A stretch of DNA of 64,000 nt from NCBI GenBank assembly GCA_951406725.2, contig OX597823.1:28644001-28708000 (forward strand). The letters are read 5' to 3'. The DNA is from Octopus vulgaris. Taxonomy: Eukaryota. This document shows positions 59,002 through 64,000 of the stretch, in pieces. Below the pieces are notes generated by a model. It had not been told where the DNA came from, made no database searches, and worked only from the letters and a program-made list of their open reading frames with translations. Positions within the stretch are counted from its first letter, which is position 1, and every line of letters begins with the position of its first letter. The position numbers were made by a program, and so were the translations under genes.

Positions 59002-59057
59002 CGGAGATGTACTCGCATAGCAAGTAATTTGATCTGAGATCGTGTGCTGAAACGAAA

Positions 59058-59229
59058 ACAATTGCAGCGTGGAAGGTGTTTATAAGCCATTTAAGAAACA
59101 CACACAAGCCGTTCGATTCACTTCAACATTTTAAATTTAAATTTAAAATTAAACTTAAATGTTGAAGTGAATCGAACGGCTTTTGTGTGTTTCTTAAATG
59201 GCTTATAAACACCTTCCACGCTGCAATTG

Positions 59230-59230
<1 letters not shown>
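59058..59230. repeat. Near-perfect 74-bp inverted repeat with an AT-rich spacer
   Basis: Arms 59058-59131 and 59157-59230, one mismatch. Confidence 0.9.
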
Positions 59231-59314
<84 letters not shown>

Positions 59315-59350
59315 GTGTATGTATATATATATGTATGTATGTATGTATGT

Positions 59351-59381
<31 letters not shown>

Positions 59382-59382
59382 G

Positions 59383-59735
59383 GTGGGGGTGCAATGGCCC
59401 AGTGGTTAGGATTTCGGTTTCGATTCCAAGACCGAGTGTTGTTACTGTTTATTGACCGAAAACACCTAAATCACCATAAGGCTCCGGCAGTGGGGTGATG
59501 GTGGCGAACTCTGCTGTGTTCTTTCTCTCACTCATTCTTCCTCTTTCTGTTGTACCTGTATTTCAAAGGGGTCAGCCTTGTTACACTCTGTGTCACGCTG
59601 AATCTCTCCTGAGAACTACGTTAAGGGTACACGTGTCAGTGGAGTGCTCAGCCATTTGCACGTTATCTTCATGAGCAGGCTGTTCCATTGATAGGATCAA
59701 CTGGAGCCCTCATCGTAGCAACCAACGGACTTCCG
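59383..59735 (+). mobile_element. tRNA-derived SINE, family A
   Basis: Reverse complement of the 7549-7930 family. Confidence 0.88.
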
Positions 59736-59745
59736 TATATATATA

Positions 59746-59794
<49 letters not shown>

Positions 59795-59831
59795 ATAGAT
59801 AGATAGATAGATGGATAGATAGGTATGTATT

Positions 59832-59863
<32 letters not shown>

Positions 59864-59893
59864 CAAACACGTATATTTATATATATGTATGTG

Positions 59894-59946
<53 letters not shown>

Positions 59947-59971
59947 GTATATTTACATATACAGATATGTA

Positions 59972-60007
<36 letters not shown>

Positions 60008-60646
60008 CACGTGTATTTACATACGAATATACGCACACAGACATACGCACACACACACACACATACATGTATTGTATTTATTTCACCATCTTGATACTAT
60101 GAATAATGCATTCCCATCTTTTATTTGTTTCTTAATATTTTCTTACTGTTTTCCTTTATCGGTCCCTGGTTTACTTCCATAAAAAGATGCCCGCAAATCA
60201 CTCTATTCCCGATTCTGTTCAAACACAGGACACATATGTAAATAGTTATATATTAAACATGAAAACAAAATGTGTAAATGTCTTAGGAAGGTAGTAGTAG
60301 TTGAGTTCTAAGTATACTGTCTTTATTTCGTAGTTAAATACTCGCTACTTGCGAAGTCATTTGTTGTGGCTAAGCTTACGCTCGCTTTCATTTTAGCAGC
60401 TGTTAAAATGGTGGATCTCTGTCCATCCATTTGTTTCTTCGTTTCTTCCTTCAATTCTTTTCCTTTCCTCTATTTCTCTTCTTTGTGACATTCTCATCGC
60501 CATCATCATTTCCACCATCATGATCATTATGACCATTATTGTCATTAGTCTCCTCCCTTTCTTCTCCTCTTCACCAACCACACCACATGGTGATAGTAAT
60601 CATGAATGCCATCATCATCATCATCATCACCATCACCACCACCACC

Positions 60647-60677
<31 letters not shown>

Positions 60678-60863
60678 AGCGTCATTACCATCATCACCAC
60701 CGTCATCATCATCATCATCAGTATTTATCATTGTTGTTGTTGCTGAAGTTGTTGCTATTGTTGCTGTTGTTGCTGTTGTTGTTGTTGTTATTGTTGTTCC
60801 CCAACAATGTTCCCCCATTGTCACTTAGGACAACATCACCATCGCCATCATTTTACTGCTGTC

Positions 60864-61240
60864 TGCAGAAATGTTAGCTCTGCAGGCGAAATGCTTAGCG
60901 GTATTTCGTGTGTCTTCATGTTCTGAGTTCAAATTCCGCCGAGGTCGACTTTGCCTTTCATCCTTTCGGGGTCGATTAAATAAGTACCAGTTATGCACTG
61001 GGTCGATGTAATCGACTTAATCCGTTTGTCTGTCTTTGTTTGTCTTCTCTGTGTTTTTAGTCCCTTGTGGGTAGTAAAGAAACAGGTATTTCGCCTGTCT
61101 TCGTGTTCTGAGTTCAAATTCCGCCGAGGTCGACTTTGCCATTCATCCTTTCGGAGGTCGTTAAATTAAGTACCAGTGAAACACTGGGGTCGATTTAGTC
61201 GGCCAGTCCCCTCTTCCAAAATTTCAGGCTTTGTGTCTTT
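60864..61240 (+). mobile_element. SINE family B, internally duplicated, with a Meta-like central domain
   Basis: GAGTTCAAATTCC B box plus GCC(T/A)TTCATCCTTTCGG..GTCG..AAGTACCAG occurring twice. Confidence 0.8.
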
Positions 61241-61724
61241 AGTATTTTACTGCTGTCTGCCGTGTGTATTTATGCCCAATTTTGTTTTTTGTTAATATAG
61301 TACAATATCTGTGCTCACTGGATTGGTGCTTAATTATTGCGCTTTTTTGTCAACAAAAACAATAACAACTTGTAACAAAAACATCTTTAAATGATTGTTC
61401 CGGAGTATATTCACGATCTACTGTCCTTTTTGTTTACACCTAAAATGTACGATAATTACTCAAAGTTCTAGGGAATGACGTAATTGGGTTGGGTTTGATA
61501 TTCTGTTACGGAGCAATGCTAAAGCGTCGGCGTAATCTATATCGGTTATATTTGGAGCTGGATGTCCTTTCGATCTTCTTCCCGCGAGTGTGAAGCCGAG
61601 GGTGTTTGGGTTGCCAAGTGATGTTCTGGGGACTGTTGCAGGGAAATCGACCCTCTCAAATAACGTTAAGAAGAATTTTACGGTGCAACAGTAGCGTCAG
61701 TCTTTTTCTATTGAGCAACAACTT

Positions 61725-62050
61725 ACCAGAGGAAAACGAATTCAAACTAGATGGAACTTACACCCGAAAGTTAAGAACAGTCTTAGGCATATGTTGAAAA
61801 ACTCCTCCCATCAAGAATCAGCTGTATGGAGATCAGCTGTTTGTATGCAACATAACATGGGAAAGGTCCTTGCGCTTGGCGGAACATTGCGGGCGAACTA
61901 AACAAGAGCTGGAAAATTACTTACGGCTATGGATACCACAACATGGCCGTACCCGAGCAGGTCGTCCGAACACATCGTATGTAGATCAACTTACAAGAAA
62001 CACTGGATGCCTGCCTGAAGATTTCCCTCAACTAATGCAGGAGCAAGAGA
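61725..62050 (+). mobile_element. RTE-like LINE C-terminal fragment
   Basis: KLDGTYTRKLRTVLG..LRLAEHCGR..LWIPQHG..GRPNTSYVDQL. Confidence 0.75.
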
Positions 62051-62844
62051 TGAAACTCTTTAAACTCTACTTGAGGTCCATATAAATGTATTGTTCTTAC
62101 CGTTAGGACGATGTTCCTGCTATACAGACAAATTATCCTAGACCGCTTCCCGAATACCACAATCCGCCTGATAGTCATTAAGTTACACAAAGACAAATTT
62201 AAACATCTAGCTCACGAGGGTGCTGCCTCATCTCAGGCTTTACTTCTGTCATTATAACAACTTTTACCTCGAGAGTATAGCTGCAAGCAAGCTACCTTCA
62301 CTCGAGCTAATCTCTAAGGTCATCCGCTAGCAACTACACCCATCCTTTGCTTCACTGAACGCCATCTTTCCTAGAATCCATAGCCACTCCAGCTCATATC
62401 TTTCTTGCAAACGTAGACGTTGGAATGTTCAACGGGAACATTTCTGCAGCTCGACCTTTAATGGTTATGAACAGACCAAAGAAGTTAAACAAAATATCGC
62501 TCGCCTTCGCATTCTTCATTTTATTTCCTCTGTAACCACTCCATATTTTTATTAATGGAGGCTGATTTCATTCAGGCTCGTACTTATCCCTGGTAGAATT
62601 TATGTGGATTGCGTGTTACTACCTGTAACCTTAAGTATCCACGAGCTTTCAATAGTCTTTCAAGTGCTTAGAACCTTCCTGATAATCTTTCCTCTCCCTA
62701 AGAAGCTCTACAGGACATTGTATTTGAATCTCCGACAACCATTTGTCTATATCTTTACTCACAGCTCCCAATGCACCAATCCTTTTAGGCAAAACCATGA
62801 CAGCTTTCATATTCCAAATTCTAGGAATTTCAAATTTTAAGGGA

Positions 62845-62950
62845 CTCCGCCGAGGTCGACTTTGCCTTCATTCTTTTCGGGCTCGATAAAATTAATACCA
62901 GTTCGATACTGGGGTCAACGTAATCAACTTATGCTTATAATAGAAAGGAT
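62845..62950 (+). mobile_element. SINE family B fragment
   Basis: TCCGCCGAGGTCGACTTTGCC..TACCAGTT. Confidence 0.7.
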
Positions 62951-62969
62951 TATTATTATTATTATTATT

Positions 62970-63631
<662 letters not shown>

Positions 63632-63669
63632 GAGTCAAAATTAAAAGAAGTGTGCCATTGTCATCTAAC

Positions 63670-63708
63670 GAACGATATTTCGACATCTCGTGTGTCTTCA
63701 ACAGGTTC
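63670..63708 (-). ncRNA. Minimal hammerhead-like motif, A6U core
   Basis: Minus strand: gaac-CTGTTGA-a-gaca[cacgaga]tgtc-GAAA-ta-TC-gttc. Confidence 0.65.
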
Positions 63709-63834
63709 AAAGAATAATTTTGTCAATCTACTTCATTTTGGGTAATATATTACTATTATTATTATTATCATTATTATCTTTATTATAGTTATTATTATTG
63801 TTGTTGTTATTATTGATGTTGCTGTTGTTGTCAT

Positions 63835-64000
63835 TAAAGTGGCGTACTGGCAAACCGGTTAGCAAGCCGGGTAAAAATGCACGGCGCCATTTCTTCCGTC
63901 GTCTCTAGGATCTGAGTGTAAATTCGGCTGAGGTCGACTTTGCTTGGCGACGATCCTTGCGTAATTGATAAAATAAATACCAGTTGAACACAGGGAGCGA
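63835..64000 (+). mobile_element. SINE family B, decayed
   Basis: GGCGTACTGGCAAACCGGTTAGC..GAGGTCGACTTTGC..AATACCAGTTG. Confidence 0.7.

Overview
AT-rich eukaryotic non-coding DNA, dense in microsatellites. The SINE, LINE and microsatellite content resembles an octopus/coleoid cephalopod genome (inference). I find no intact host gene; nearly all listed ORFs are microsatellite read-throughs or decayed transposon fragments. Recognisable elements are Penelope-like (PLE) RT and GIY-YIG fragments, R4/Dong-like LINEs with a restriction-like endonuclease (RLE), Tx1/L1-like LINEs, CR1-like and RTE-like fragments, Tc1/mariner relics and a MITE, non-autonomous Helitrons, tRNA-derived SINEs and a ~555-bp TAA-flanked element. 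The strongest signal is about a dozen dispersed minimal type-I hammerhead ribozyme (HHR) motifs with palindromic stem III. Several look intact, three carry the compensatory U3-A8 core (UUGAAAA) and two carry A6U. They sit downstream of PLE endonuclease ORFs or inside fold-back structures next to (TA)n. Three retroelement groups also appear to be partitioned among different microsatellites: PLE/(TA)n, Dong/(TAA)n and Tx1/(TATC)n.
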